Source: Paramecium tetraurelia
Taxonomy: Eukaryota
Assembly (NCBI GenBank): GCA_000165425.1
Contig: CT868296.1
Span: forward strand, 1-64,000
Direction of reading: 5' to 3'
Length of the DNA: 64,000 nt
Both the position numbers and the translations under genes were made by a program. Every line of letters starts with the position of its first letter. The stretch's first letter is position 1. Below, piece after piece: positions 12,501 to 25,996 of this stretch. The notes beneath the pieces were generated by a model. The model saw only the letters and a list, made by a program, of their open reading frames with translations. It was not told the origin of the DNA and searched no databases.

Positions 12501-15112
12501 ATGGAACTATTGTATTTAATTGAAACCCAGCAAGAAAATAATTCCCTATATTCTTAGAAATTAAAAGGATTGATATATTATAAATTTTTTTATTTAATGC
12601 ATATTTCCAAAGAGAAACGAATGAGGGTGTTGCTGGCAATTTTGTCTGTAGTTGATTTTGGATATTCATTTGATACTATTACATACATTACTTTGATACT
12701 TTCTTGCATACTTGTTTTGTTTAGCATTGGTACTTATATTATACAACATTAGTCAGCATGTTATTTGCGAAAAACAAATTGTTATCACAAATTTTAATTA
12801 CTATGTATTACGGAAAAGAATTAATATTATATGGTCCATCTCCTACTTGGCCAGTTTTATATCTTTATAAACTGATTGGGTCTAAAAACTACATTTTTTT
12901 ACTATTGTTTTCCAATCAAATAGTATTCAATTAACTCGATTAATTATGGAATTATAGTATAAAAAGAAATGATCATCACAGCATATAGTTAATCCTGATA
13001 CTGTTATTAGAGTGTTATACCTTATATATCAAATAGAAATCTTATTATTTATGTAAAAACTTGTTGGTGAAGTAGTTCAAGTAGGAATGTTTGTTTTAAA
13101 TATTTGATTTTAATCAAAGAATTATCTCTGAAAATATTCATTAACTACCAATAGCAAATAGACTTTAAACAGAAAATACACTAATAGGAAGTCCAAGAGG
13201 GGATAAAATAAATTTAATTCAAGATGATAAGGACATTCACTATAAATTATTTTTGAATAATGAACAGGTTGTATCATTAGACTAGTAACCAGTTTAATAA
13301 TAATTAATTTTTAGATCAACTAAAGAATTACTATAATTTTTATCTAAAAATAACCATTATTTTATAATAGCTATTTTTAATGATCCACTTTTAAACGTCA
13401 AATTTTAATATCAAGTAAAGTATTTTTCGATAAATAATTAATAAATTCTTGCCTTTCAAAAAATAGAAAATGGCATATTTGTGAGATAAAATCATAAAAT
13501 ATTAAAATATAAATAGAATCTAATAAATATTTTTAATCATAAACTGAAAACTCCTCTTAATAGTGCAATTGGACATCTTATTACAGCTGAAGAGGATGAT
13601 TCGGTCATTGAGGAAATTAAAAAGATGTACTTGTAACCGGCCTTATTGAATTGCAGATTACAACTATATTTAGTTTAAGATATTTTGGATTATTTATCAA
13701 TTGAAATCGAATAATTACCTTTGATGAATAATAAAACAAATTTAAGAACATTGTTATTAGAAGTTTACAATCTAATTGAATATTAATGTAAATTGAAAAA
13801 TATTGATATCCTATTTAAAATTAACAATGAAAACTTTAAAAAAATAGACACAAAATCCTTATTTATTTATACAGATTCAAACAAATTAATCAGGGTGTTG
13901 TTAAATATATTAAATAATTCTTATCGATATGCAGAAGTAGGAGGTTGTATCATCTTAGAAATTAGATTAGATTAAATGAATAAGACAACTTATTTTTCAA
14001 TAACAGACAATGGCTAAGGAATGGATGAAGAATAAATAAAAAAATTAAATTTTTAATTGTAATCTTTCGAAAGCATTTCTTTTAACAAATTAAACAAATA
14101 ATAAGATAGTAATCGTAGTATAAAACTGGGGTTAAGTCTCTTTCTGGCTAATAAGCTAATTAAATTATTAAGTGGAGATAACAGTTGTTTATAATTAAGA
14201 ATAGCAAATAATCAATTATTGTTCACATTTTCAATTAATGATATTCAAGAAATCTAATCAGCAAGCTCACTTGGAAAATCTAAATAAAATAGTTTTATAA
14301 AATAAAAATCATTAAGAGGCCTAAATAATAAATTTAACAGCTAATCCAGTCCTAGAATTTCAAAATTTAAATAAAATTCATAAAGATAAATAGACTTTAA
14401 GAATTATAATTCTTTAAGATTGATTTATTAGTGTGATATTCAGAATGAACCCTCACCTTAAGTTCCACATAAGATTACAACACATCAAAACAATCAAAAG
14501 TTTCATCATCAAAGATAACGAATTAAAACAACAAGAAAATCTTTAGAATCTTAGTTTAGATCTAGAGCAACTAGTTTTAGAACACATAAAATTGAATAAA
14601 TTATTCGATCAGAATAAATTTAGTAATAATAATAATAAGTTATTTAACATGATGAATATATTTTAATAGTTGATGATGAACCTTTCAATCATGAAACTTT
14701 GTGTATGATGTTGAAAAATATGGGGTTTACCAATTTTTTAAAAGCTTTTAATGGTCAATAATGTTTGGATGTTGTATAATAGAACCATCATAAAATATAT
14801 ATGATTATGATGGATATTGATATGCCAATAATGAATGGAATAGATACGACAAAATAATTAGAAAGATTGATCAGTAATAGTACAATATGTTACATTCCTA
14901 TTATTGGATGTACTGCACATGAAGACTATGAATCTCATTTATAATGTTTTGATGCTGGGATGATACATGTAGTTGTTAAACCTGTGTTTATTAAATCGAT
15001 CTAAGAAGCACTCAACAAAATATCTGAATTGAAATCAGATGAAACAATTAAAGAAGACACATCTTCTTACGTGATAAATAAAATACAATCTTAATCTTCG
15101 AACTTTCAATGA
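12501..15112 (+). CDS. Membrane hybrid histidine kinase with C-terminal receiver domain
   Basis: N-terminal hydrophobic segments; H-box NHKLKTPLNS; N-box LNILNNSYRY; G1 box DNGQGM; receiver LIVDDEPFN..MDIDMPIMNG..GCTAH..KPV. Intron at 12730-12752. Confidence 0.88.
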
Positions 15113-15664
15113 CTATTATATTATTCTTCAATTACTAGAAAATGTATTTTTTTGTTAAATTTATAACTATATAAATTTTTATTTTATGATTAATTACTTT
15201 AGGAGGTTGTTGATTAGCAGAACTTTGACATTAATTTGATAATTATTATTATTTCAAAAGATTTCTTCTTAAAATATATCAATAAAAAATAATAGTTTTG
15301 TGGATACATTGTTGGAATTATATCCAATTAGGCAGAATTATAAAAAATTATAGAAATGTTCAAATAAAATCTTGTAGACAATTCTAATTAAAAGACATAA
15401 TTTAATTTTTTGAATAGAATAATAATTTTAACTTTTAAAAGAAGGATTTTTATTAAAACAGTTTTCCAAATACTTTTACAATAATTTTGATCGGAATAAT
15501 TTATTTCAAACATTAGTATAAATTCCATTACAGATTACAATTCATCACGATTCTAAATTTTATTTAAGGTAATATAATTTATAGGAAAATCATTGGACAA
15601 TTTGGATTAATTATTGCTTTAATGAATAATCAAAATTAAATTTATTTTATTAATAATAATAATT

Positions 15665-16228
15665 ATGAATAACTACTTTGAGATTATTAAGCAGTTGTAA
15701 TAAGCTGTCGAATTTAGTACAAGAGAAAATGTAGAATTGAGAGAATAGATCATAATGATGGAGACTTAGCAAGATCCTCAAAAAAACCTAAAAATTTGTA
15801 ATTTGCAAAAGAAGATCATAGAGTAATAACAATAAATATCTGAATTAAAGTAACAAATGCTAAAACGAAATTAAATGAAGAAAGAACACTAATGTAATGA
15901 TGATAATAAATTCTTAATTGAATAAATGAAGAAAAAATTCGAAGAAAAGAGCAATGAACTTAAGAGATATTAAGATATGTATGAAAAGGCTCGGTTAAAT
16001 TTAAAGCAAACTCAATAACAAGTACTAGAATTAAAAGAACAAATCAACTAATAATGTTAATTGAATGCTTAAGAATAATAAAAAGTAACAAAAATGGAAT
16101 TATTAATGAAAAATGCTAGATAATAAGAATTTGTATCATTATAATATATATTAGAAATAGAGAGATTAAACTCTTAAATATAATAATTAGAATAAGAATA
16201 AAAAAGCTTATCTAGAATAAGCCATTGA
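15665..16228 (+). CDS. Small coiled-coil hypothetical protein
   Basis: MNNYFEIIKQLQQAVEFSTRENVELREQ..., rich in Q/E/K, with tiny introns. Confidence 0.65.
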
Positions 16229-16387
16229 AATGATTATTATTGTATTAAATTATTCATAAAACAAACATTATTACAAAGGAATGACAGAAAGCAATAATTC
16301 TTTATTTTCATTTGATGAGATAATATATTTATTATTAATATATTAAAATATGATTACTCTAATATGGTTAGTGCATTTTGATAAAAG

Positions 16388-16988
16388 ATGGCTTTGTTTT
16401 CATTGTCCAATAATATAGTCAATGTGGTATTCTAAATTTACACTGTAGGTTATTTGGAACTATTTATTGCTTTTTATTAGCTGGAATTGATTTGTACTCA
16501 ATATATTTTCATTAGTTATGCCCTTATTCATTTAAGCATTTGCTAATAAATATATTTCTCTTATTAATTTTGGCAGGGCTATCATACATAATTTACGCTA
16601 AAACTTTATTTAAAAAAGTAATAAAAAACGTATTATATAATTTTAGGAAAAAATGCAAAAATATCAAAACCGACTCGATATTGCAATTAGACTAAATCAC
16701 TGGACAATTAGAAAAGTGTTGCTTTCCAAGATTGGATTTGCTGTATTCTTTATAGGGTTTATATAAAATATATGGGCCCTAGAAACCTTTCTAAATTTGT
16801 AGGAATGCAAAAGTTGTGAAGGTATGTAGCCAAATATACTAAAATTAAATTTATTGTTAACTATCATAGCATCCATACCAATAGCATTTATGATAATCTG
16901 TTATGTTTTAATAAAATCTGTTGCTTTAATAACTAGCTCTTTATTTCCACATACATACATAAAAATAAAGAAACTATTTTGTAATTGA
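16388..16988 (+). CDS. Small multi-pass membrane hypothetical protein (start uncertain, could be 16350)
   Basis: Several hydrophobic helices, a CKSC motif, and one intron near 16618-16646. Confidence 0.55.
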
Positions 16989-17302
16989 AAATGATATATA
17001 AGTAATATTAATTGAAAATATTTAAAGTAAAGTTTATTTGATATTTCTAAGATATTTGATTAATGATTTCTTGTTTTAAATGATTGAGTCGAGTGATTGC
17101 ATATCTTTTAAGATAGTTGCATCTAATTTTCTTTTATTTGATTTATTTTTAATATTAATTCTAATGATATTACACGTTCATTAAATCTTTAGATTGTAAT
17201 TTTGATGTAAATTAACTGAGAAATTGAAAATTGATGCATATCTAATGTTTGATCTCTATTTCTCTGATTATAAAATAATAATATTTTAATTATACCGTTT
17301 TT

Positions 17303-18466
17303 ATGAAATAAGTCATCTTCATAGTCATATTAATTACATTGACATTCCAAACACAATTGTAGTCTAAAGTAGATTAAGTTATGGCATAAATGGATAAAAT
17401 GGCATCAAAAAATGATTTTTCTAAGCAATTAGCAGGCCTTATTGAACTCAAAATGTTATAAAGTTCTTATGTAGAGGAAGTGCTCAAAGAAATAAAAGGT
17501 ATACGAGACTAATTAATCGCTGATTAAAGTGTAGAGGATTAAGAATATGCAAAAGTAATTAAATCTAGTAATATTATTACCTCAGAAAATTGGACAATTG
17601 AATGTGGAAATTGAAATCCTAGAAATATAAACAGAGAAACTTGCAAAAGAATTACAAAGACTCAATCAATAAATAGGAGAATTAAATGAAGATATTAGCA
17701 AACTCATTGGTACCTAATAATCATAAGAAAAACAATTAAGCACCTTAAACTCAAAGGAAGAAGAAATTAGAAATTAATACAAAAGTGAGATAGAAACTCT
17801 TAAAGTAATCGCATTTTCCTATATCTAGCAAAGAACTACAAATAATATCAAATCAATTGATGGATTAAATGAAATGATTGCGAAATTACAATAAGCAGTG
17901 TTCGCAGAGTAAAATAAAACAACAGTGCTTTCTTAATAACACACAAAACAATATGTTGATGAAATTAGAAACTAATTAGGACCAAATCATCCCTTGACTG
18001 CTTTAGTGGCTGTAACTACAAAGTAATATTAGTTATGAGTTAGGTTTGATGTACCCACAGTTACTAGAATTATTCAGTTACTTGAAAATATTAGAGACCA
18101 GAGAATCTAGGAAAATGCAGGAGCAGATGAATATGAAACTAAAGTTACTTAATCTTACGAAGTTACCCTCAAAGAAGTTACAGAAGTAAGAGAAAGGTTG
18201 AGTGCCGATTATTCAAGAACTTTAGTCACTTTGAAAAGAAGAAACGAAGAAAATGTATTATTCCTTTTCAGTTTAAGGCTCTCTCTACAAAGTCTAGAAA
18301 CTAAATTTAAAAGGACTTACCTATCGCTTAGGATTTACTTTAATAATATAGAAATGAAAGAGAAATCGTTTAATCCAATTATAATCTTAGATCAGCCAAA
18401 AGAGAAAATGAAGTTAAAATCATAACTCAAGCCTATACTATAGTAGCTTAATAAGTTAGAGTATGA
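17303..18466 (+). CDS. Trichocyst matrix protein (TMP / granule lattice family) precursor
   Basis: Signal peptide MKQVIFIVILITLTFQ, then IELKMLQSSYVEEVLKEIKGIRDQLIADQ, acidic heptad coiled coils and HPLTALVAVTTKFDVPTVTRIIQLLENIR. About 350 aa with four tiny introns. Confidence 0.75.
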
Positions 18467-18529
18467 ATAATATCAAAGAAATCAATATTTTTTAATAATT
18501 TATATATAGGTTCAATAAAATTATTCATA

Positions 18530-18975
18530 ATGAATCAATCTATGGCTAAATTGTATTCTCACGATGGAACGGGAAGGGATTCCTATATCTTTTATGATAA
18601 CGGAGGTTTCTATCCTGGCAATCTCAAATTATAAAAATCCCCATCACTTTAGAACTGTAATGTTATTCTAAAGTATAAGGGGCCTATGGTACATGCTCTC
18701 CTTAGAAATCTCATTTCAAACTTGAAAAACGACAGTTTTATATAAGTGATGGAACAGGGAGAGATACATATGTGATTCGAAACATAAAGGATAAAGCATA
18801 TTTCTCTCCAGATTTTTCATTTCAATTAAGAAAATATGATTCTCAAGTCTTGAGTCCTCAATATCCCTACAAATTACCTCCTTTAAGGTAGGCATAATTA
18901 TCTATTAAATCTGATAAGCAAAAATCATTAATATAGAGATTAGCAAAACCGAAACTTAGAACTCAAAATGATTGA
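18530..18975 (+). CDS. Small protein with two DGTGRD(S/T)Y repeats
   Basis: HDGTGRDSYIFYDNGG and SDGTGRDTYV, ending RLAKPK; one intron near 18657. Confidence 0.75.
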
Positions 18976-19032
18976 ATATGTATTATGTAAAAACAAATTT
19001 ATTATATCAAAATATTGTCATATTATTCTTTG

Positions 19033-19674
19033 ATGGAAGATAACAAGATTTACTTCACACCTGAATCAGCCATTATTTTACAAGAATTAAAACAAAAAAA
19101 ATTATTGAAACCAAGATTATTATCTTAAGATAATCCAAAAATCAATTTAAAGACTATAAAAATACCTTAGAGAAGCAGATAAATTTCTTTAACGAAAGAA
19201 TTAGATTATTATGTGAAGCAGTCAATGAAAGAAAAAATGAAAGAGAAACAAAAACAGTTAAATGAAGAACTTGAATGCTTTAAATATTAGTATAAGGATA
19301 TCTTGCAAGATAATCCTTATGTAAACAATAAACTCAAAAAAAATTTTTTTAATTTGAAATTTTCAGATGAATAGAGAGAAACATATGCAATTCGGTTGGG
19401 AAGACTGGCAGTGAAACATAATCAACAAATCAAATAGATGTAACGAATAGTTGATGACATACATGTATAATAAAGTAATTGTAATTTAGAAAAAATATGA
19501 GGCTCAGAATGAACAGTTAAATTCATATATGCCGAAAACAATTGAGACAATGGTTACGGAAAGTGATTCCTATATCAAAACTAGTAAAATCTACAATCCA
19601 GATTTATTGGCAAAATACTAATAACTAAAATACTAGCATTTTTGGAATAAATTGCCTAAAACTTTAGCAAATTG
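19033..19674 (+). CDS. Hypothetical basic protein
   Basis: MEDNKIYFTPESAIILQELK... is open under code 6 with one probable intron; ends LPKTLAN-TGA. Confidence 0.6.
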
Positions 19675-19716
19675 ATAACTATTCTATGTATTTATCAATA
19701 TTATAAGTTATATATA

Positions 19717-21406
19717 ATGGTTAATCAGAAATGGGTATATTTAATGATATCATCATCCTAATAAGAGGGGTGCATGAAGGTTCATCATAAAAGTACCATA
19801 ATTTAGTTTATAAATAATTTTAATTATTAATTATCAATCAAAATAAAATAATTTATATAGTGCAGAAATGCAATTTTGATTCGCACTAATTACAAAAACC
19901 ATATTTAATTAAATCAAATGAAAATGATAATTTAATATTCTTCTAATCTAACCTTAGATAAGTCAAAACAGGAAATTATGAATAATTGATAGTTATGAAA
20001 ATTAAAATTGGCTAAGTACTTTCACCCGATACTTCAAACCCTAATATTGAAGAGATATTTTAGTATACTTGTTCTAAACAGTTAAAATGGCTATCTTATC
20101 AATTCAATCTAAATTATTACAATAGCAAATTCAATGCATTCTTAATTCAAAATTATTCCATAATGAGACTTTTATGTAGGCTTTAAGGTCATTCGTAATT
20201 TCCACTATTGTTTTGGAAGTTCCAAAATTTATATTCTAATTCTTAAATTTAATTGATTGTAAATCTTAATAACGAAGTTTAGGATATCTGCATATTTATA
20301 ATTGGCTCAAAAATTATGATTTATAAGTATAAACAATAATACACAAATAAGTAGTTGTAATGAAAATTGGTTGATTACCGATTTTATATGTCTTATTTAT
20401 ATTTTAACATTTAAGTTCTTTCATAATAATTATATAAATGGATAAAGTGAAGAAAACTTCTTGGGAGAAAATTACTAGTCTTCTTTAGTAGTTATATATT
20501 GTCGAATAGCAAATTCAAGAGTAGCATGTTACAATACAAAGCAGTACTTATACACTAGTTTCATTATTCCATGCTCAATTTCGTCAATTGATTGATAGAG
20601 AGGATATTATTGATTCAATATAACAATTAGATTTCGAGACCCCTTAATTATTTAATATGGGCAGGAACTTGTAATCAGAGTTTGCATTTACTTCAAATCA
20701 TAAGTATATTTTAAAGGTTGTGTCTGGAACTCAATACAGGTATTTTAAAAATACTTTCCACTAATATTACTTCAAAATAATTGCTAATAAGAGCTGTTTG
20801 TTAGCGAGAACCTTTGGAATATATAAATTAGAAGATCGAGAAAATAAATCATATTTCGTCTTGATGGAAAATTTATTTTATGAACATAAATTGTAAAACA
20901 GTTAAATAATCAGCATATATGATTTGAAAGGAGCATAAAGCAGTAGAATTACTAAAAACTTTGATGAGCAGTTTCACCAACAACAAGAATTATTGAAAAC
21001 TAAAGCTCAAACGATTCCTTTACTAAAAGGAAAAGATGAAGATTTTAAAAAAATTAGATTCTTTTAAGATTTCTCAAATGAGAAGAAATTAGATTTAATG
21101 AATTAAATAAAATAAGAAAGTGATATTCTCGCTGAAGCCAATACAATGGATTATTCTTTAATGATTATTACTGGACATATCAATCAATGCCAACAAGGGA
21201 ATAGACTAATTAAGTTAAGTAATAATATTGGTACCATAATTGGAATTATTGATTATTATTAAGAATATAATAGTACTAAAAAGCTAGAAAATAAATTTAA
21301 GACCTGGTTTGGCATGCATAAACCAGATTAATAGATTAGTTGTGTAGATAGTGATACATATAGAAAAAGATTTTAGATTTATTTTTAGCAATTTCTATAA
21401 GAATGA
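19717..21406 (+). CDS. Phosphatidylinositol-phosphate kinase (PIP5K family), divergent; start uncertain
   Basis: KYILKVV, LLARTFGIY, FVLMENLF, IYDLKGA, KDEDF, MDYSLM, IGIIDYYQEY, KKLENKFK, ISCVDSDTYRKRF. Confidence 0.85.
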
Positions 21407-21842
21407 ATGAATGATAAATTTTATAGATTTGATTCCATTATAAATACCTTCTGTGTTAATTTAAAATAATATTCTAATTAATGATTCATACATAAGAATA
21501 TCCATGACTAAAATTATTTTATTTGGGTAGTTACGAAAAATGTTACTTTTTAAAAAAGATAAAAATGATGTTTGATGAGAAGATTATTTAATATTGTCTT
21601 CAGAGAATAGATTTAGAAATGAATAAAAATAATTATTGTTATTTTTTTTTTCTTTTAGAATATAATTCAAATTTTTGTTAGGATGAAGAAGATTCGGTAG
21701 AATAATAATCTCCTTAAGGTATTTTTTATACTTTATAGGAGTTTTACAAAATCCTCTTCAAAATTTAAACTATTTTGAGTTTAATTTAAAATTCAAAATA
21801 ATGAATATGAAATATTATTATTTATTTCAAATAACAATATAT

Positions 21843-22240
21843 ATGTCTTACAAAAGTCCTGTTTTACAAAATTCTCTTTAATTGTTGTCTGAGATCAGAA
21901 GTTCATTAGCTAATTCAGGGAAGTAGTAATCAAATCCAAAAGGAGTAAAAAAATAAGTAAAATTAAGTCGTAATATTTGAGTTATGTATAATTTGAATAT
22001 GATTAATAAGAGGAACCCAGAATTTATCCACCCGAATGTATGAGAGTTGAGAAACAAGTTGGATAAGTGAGCTCTGCAAATTTAACTGAAGAAATACTTG
22101 ATTATTTGAGGATTAATTAGAAGTCATTTGAAAAGTAGTGTAGTGAAATAGAAAAACAAATAAAAGAATTAGTTGAAAACATTGAAACTGAAGATGAAGT
22201 GGAACCTATTCAGTCTCGTAAGCCTTAAAAGAGGAATTGA
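21843..22240 (+). CDS. Small hypothetical protein
   Basis: MSYKSPVLQNSLQLLSEIRSSL...EIEKQIKELVENIETEDEVEPIQSRKPQKRN-TGA, with one probable intron. Confidence 0.6.
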
Positions 22241-22317
22241 TTATTATAACATTGCAATTATTTAATTTTACAAATATAAACAGGAACTGATTAATATATT
22301 AAGTACAACATTATTAT

Positions 22318-24180
22318 ATGGATATTGAGGAAAAAGAGAGTAAATTGTCACCTAATCGTCAACTTTTGATAACTGAAATATTACAGACTCATTAATTTGA
22401 TTCAATTTATAAAATGTGTAAAAAGATAGACAATGGTATGTTCAAGAATTGCAGTTATCCATTAATGAATATTAAAAACTAGATTGAGAAAGTTTAGAAG
22501 TATAATTATAGTTTTGAGGATGTTAAATAATAAAAGATGTTAAGTATGATGAATGAATAAATGAAAATTGAGAACATGAGATAAGAGATGATAGATTTGA
22601 TTTTAGAGAGAAAACCATTCCCAAAAATATTTTAATTTATAGAATTGAATGATGCGAATCAGTTTGAAATCATTTATTGTGATAAATTACAAAAACATCT
22701 CATTGAGGCTCAATTTCACCATTAGTACATAACCATTGCTAGTTTTTAATTTGATTGTAAGCAAGAAATCAATTCAAATTGCAATGACCATTAGATCATC
22801 CTTGAATCAATTGAATTACTAACATAAAACATGCACTAAATTATTAATCTTTAAATTATGAAGATAAATGACTATTATTGGATTCGGAATTTGTATCAAA
22901 AACAATTACAGAAATAATTTAAAGGATTTAATGAAGTAATTCATTAAAAGATGGAATATTTGTATGAATCAATACAAAACCACCTAATAGTATTGTAAAA
23001 TAATAGAAATAGATAAATCAAGCAACCATTTATCATCTATGAATTAATGAAGATCTTACTCTATTTTGCTAACCAAAAAGAAATTATTATTCCTGATCTA
23101 TTATTAAATTTAGGATACAAATCAAAATATGATTAGTTCAATATCAAATTTAGATAAATTATTTGCCATTTTAATCTTCCTTTTTTAAACTAATTAATCA
23201 AATTACCAGAGCTGCAAGACGTAGTGCATATTCTGAATATTCCTGATAACATGCAAAGTGAGTAATAGCATAAAGAGTATTAAGAATGCTACATTCAAGA
23301 AATCTATACCTTTTTTAGATTTATAAAGTCTATAACTATAGATGAAGTTATTCTCACTTAATTGCAAATACTTTTTAAGAAATTAAATGAGTTTAGAGAT
23401 AAATTAACCATTATTTACGATAATCAACAATTCAAAGGATTAATTTCGAGACTAAAATTACTTTATAAATCAGAGATCAATAGTTAATAATACCCTGATA
23501 CCGAGAAATTTAATAAAACTTAAATTAATTACATTCTCATAGTTTAATTGTTATCAGAAATTAAAGTTTTTACTTTAACCTCTTAAAATAATAAAATAGA
23601 TGATGAATAAATAATGAAGATGTAAAATTATAATGATGGGAGTGATTTAGATGATGAAAATGAAGAATTTTAGATATTTTAATAAGAAATCAAGAAAACT
23701 GTTTGGAGCCCCAAAGATTATAAATATGTTAATATTTTTAAGTACTTTATCAATTAGATGAATTTATACAAAGTACCTTTTCCAACTTTACTCACTATTG
23801 TACAATTCTATAATTATAAATTTACTATTAATTGCATTAAGACTACTTAAGAGGAATTACACAAAAACTAATAATACATTCGATTTCTATATAGATTATT
23901 GGCTAAAAATCTTAAAAAGGATTAACAGATACCATTAAGAGAATAACTTGTAAATTTATAAGTAGACAAGATAATTAAATGGCCTAAATGTATACAATAG
24001 CAAACTATTTTGATTAATGAAAATAAGCATCATTTGAAGGATGAATTAAAAGAAATTATTAAAAACAAGAACTTTTAAAAATTTTATACAGAATTAATTG
24101 AAGCTAATGAAACTAATGAATTGAGAAAAGAAATCCTAGAGAATTTAAATGATATTTTTAATTATATCCAATCTAAATGA
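22318..24180 (+). CDS. Hypothetical helical protein, ~620 aa, apparently intronless
   Basis: Continuous code-6 frame from MDIEEKESKLSP to YIQSK-TGA; length 1863 nt is divisible by 3. Confidence 0.75.
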
Positions 24181-24221
24181 TTTAAGCAATTATTATTCTA
24201 TTAAGTATATTTATTTTTAAT

Positions 24222-24262
24222 TTATATATTTATATATTTATATATTTATATAGTTATATATT
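24222..24262. repeat. (TATATTTA)n microsatellite in the intergenic spacer
   Basis: tttatatatttatatatttatatatttatatagttatatattt. Confidence 0.7.
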
Positions 24263-24267
24263 TAACA

Positions 24268-25866
24268 ATGTCCAATCAAATTAGCTAGATTTTTGCTGAT
24301 ATTTAATGCGATGATCATAAAAAAGTGATTGAATTTATAAATTTAACCGCCCCATTACTACCAAACTAGAAAAGGCTTTTATGTGAAAGATGCGATTTTA
24401 ATAAAAATTGTGAGAATGTGTATTATAGAAATGAGGTTGTTTAATTTTTAGAAAAAATTGAGAAATAGGAAAAGGACATATTAGTTTAATTAGAGAAAGC
24501 TTGCAAAATTGTAAAAGATTTAAAGGAGCATCTTAATTCAATTGAAAAATCTTTAGAAAGCCATAAATAAAATATATCATAAAAATTGTGCATCAAGCCA
24601 AATAATTCTTTAGGTATATTTCTATAGAAGAAGAATGCATTGACTAAAGATATAATCAAAGAAATGAGTGATGAACTTTGTTAATTAATAATGTAGAAGT
24701 AATCAAATATCTAATGGAACACAGAAAATAGCCCCTAGATCAACATTGACTTATTAAAAAGGATTGAAGAAAGTGATTAAAGGAAATTGGAAAAATTGAT
24801 TAATGATTTCAAATAAGTTTTGAATTTAGGTGATAATTAGATAATGTAATAATAATAATAATAACAATAATAGCAATAATAATAATCTTAATCTATCCTA
24901 ACATAAAGCTAATCATTTATCAGTACCCCTATTAATTATGTAAATACTTGTACAAAGAATATTGGGGAATAAGTGATACATGATATAAAGTTTAATAATA
25001 ATGGCAATATTGTTGTAATCTCAAGTAATTTAATTCCTGATACAAATTGTTATGCATAAGTTTATACAATCTAGAATAGCAATTTTACTCTTACTTAAAA
25101 TTTAGATCTTCATGGAGGAGATGTGAAATCTATTTGTTTTATTTCATAATCTGAAAATTTCATCACAGCCTGCTAAGATAAGAAAATTAGATTTTGGAAA
25201 AAAATAGAATAAAAAAAATGGGGTTTAGATTAAGAACTAATAGAATTGAAATCACCTGCTAATTGTATTCAATTGAATCATTCTGAGAATTATCTGGCCT
25301 CAGGAGGTGATTATTTATGTTTTTGGAAAAATGCAAATGGAAAATGGACTTATGACACTGAATCTTCTAATTCAGAGCAAAAGATATTATCTTTGAGTTT
25401 TAATTTAGAGGACAATTAATTAGCAGTAGGTTATCATGATTATTCGTTCAAGATTTTTGAATATTATAACCAAAAATGGATTTAGAGATATTAAATGTAA
25501 AATTAGGCAATTTTAATAAACTACTTTAATAATAAAGATCTAATTGAAGTATAGAAAAATGGGTATTTTAATTATTATTTATATGATAATGACATTTCTG
25601 ATTATTAGATCGTTGGAACATATTTTAGTTAACAAAATTATAATTATACTGCAGGGTTTTGTTAGTAGAAAGCATTATTAGCATTGTCTCCAAATTAATA
25701 GGGATTAACAAATCTGCATATGATAAAAGAGAATAGAATTTCAGGACCTTTATAGAAAATTCCTTTAAGAGGGGATAAATTGTTTTTTTCAAAGGATGGG
25801 AATTACCTTGCAATTATATCAAATAAATAGCTATTGATTTATTAAGATGAACAAGAAAGATATTGA
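24268..25866 (+). CDS. WD40-repeat protein with N-terminal C..H/CxxC module, coiled coil and poly-Q
   Basis: CDDH...RLLCERC; 13 consecutive Gln codons at 24847-24885; HGGDVKSICF..FITACQDKKIRFWK; YLASGGD; FSKDGNYLAI. Confidence 0.85.
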
Positions 25867-25996
25867 TTATTAATATTTAATATTATATAATAAAGAATTC
25901 ACAAACATAAGTCTAAATGGAATAGAATAAAATGTATTATATTCTTATATAGATTTAAGAGATGAATTTTAATATTATAACAAAAATATTAAAAAT

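Noticed and set aside
12750..12875. In-frame TGA in the histidine kinase suggesting read-through or selenocysteine
   Set aside because: It disappears once the 23-nt intron at 12730-12752 is removed.
21540..21800. Short acidic coding-like fragment with an intron-like segment
   Set aside because: I could not build a consistent ORF; probably a gene remnant.
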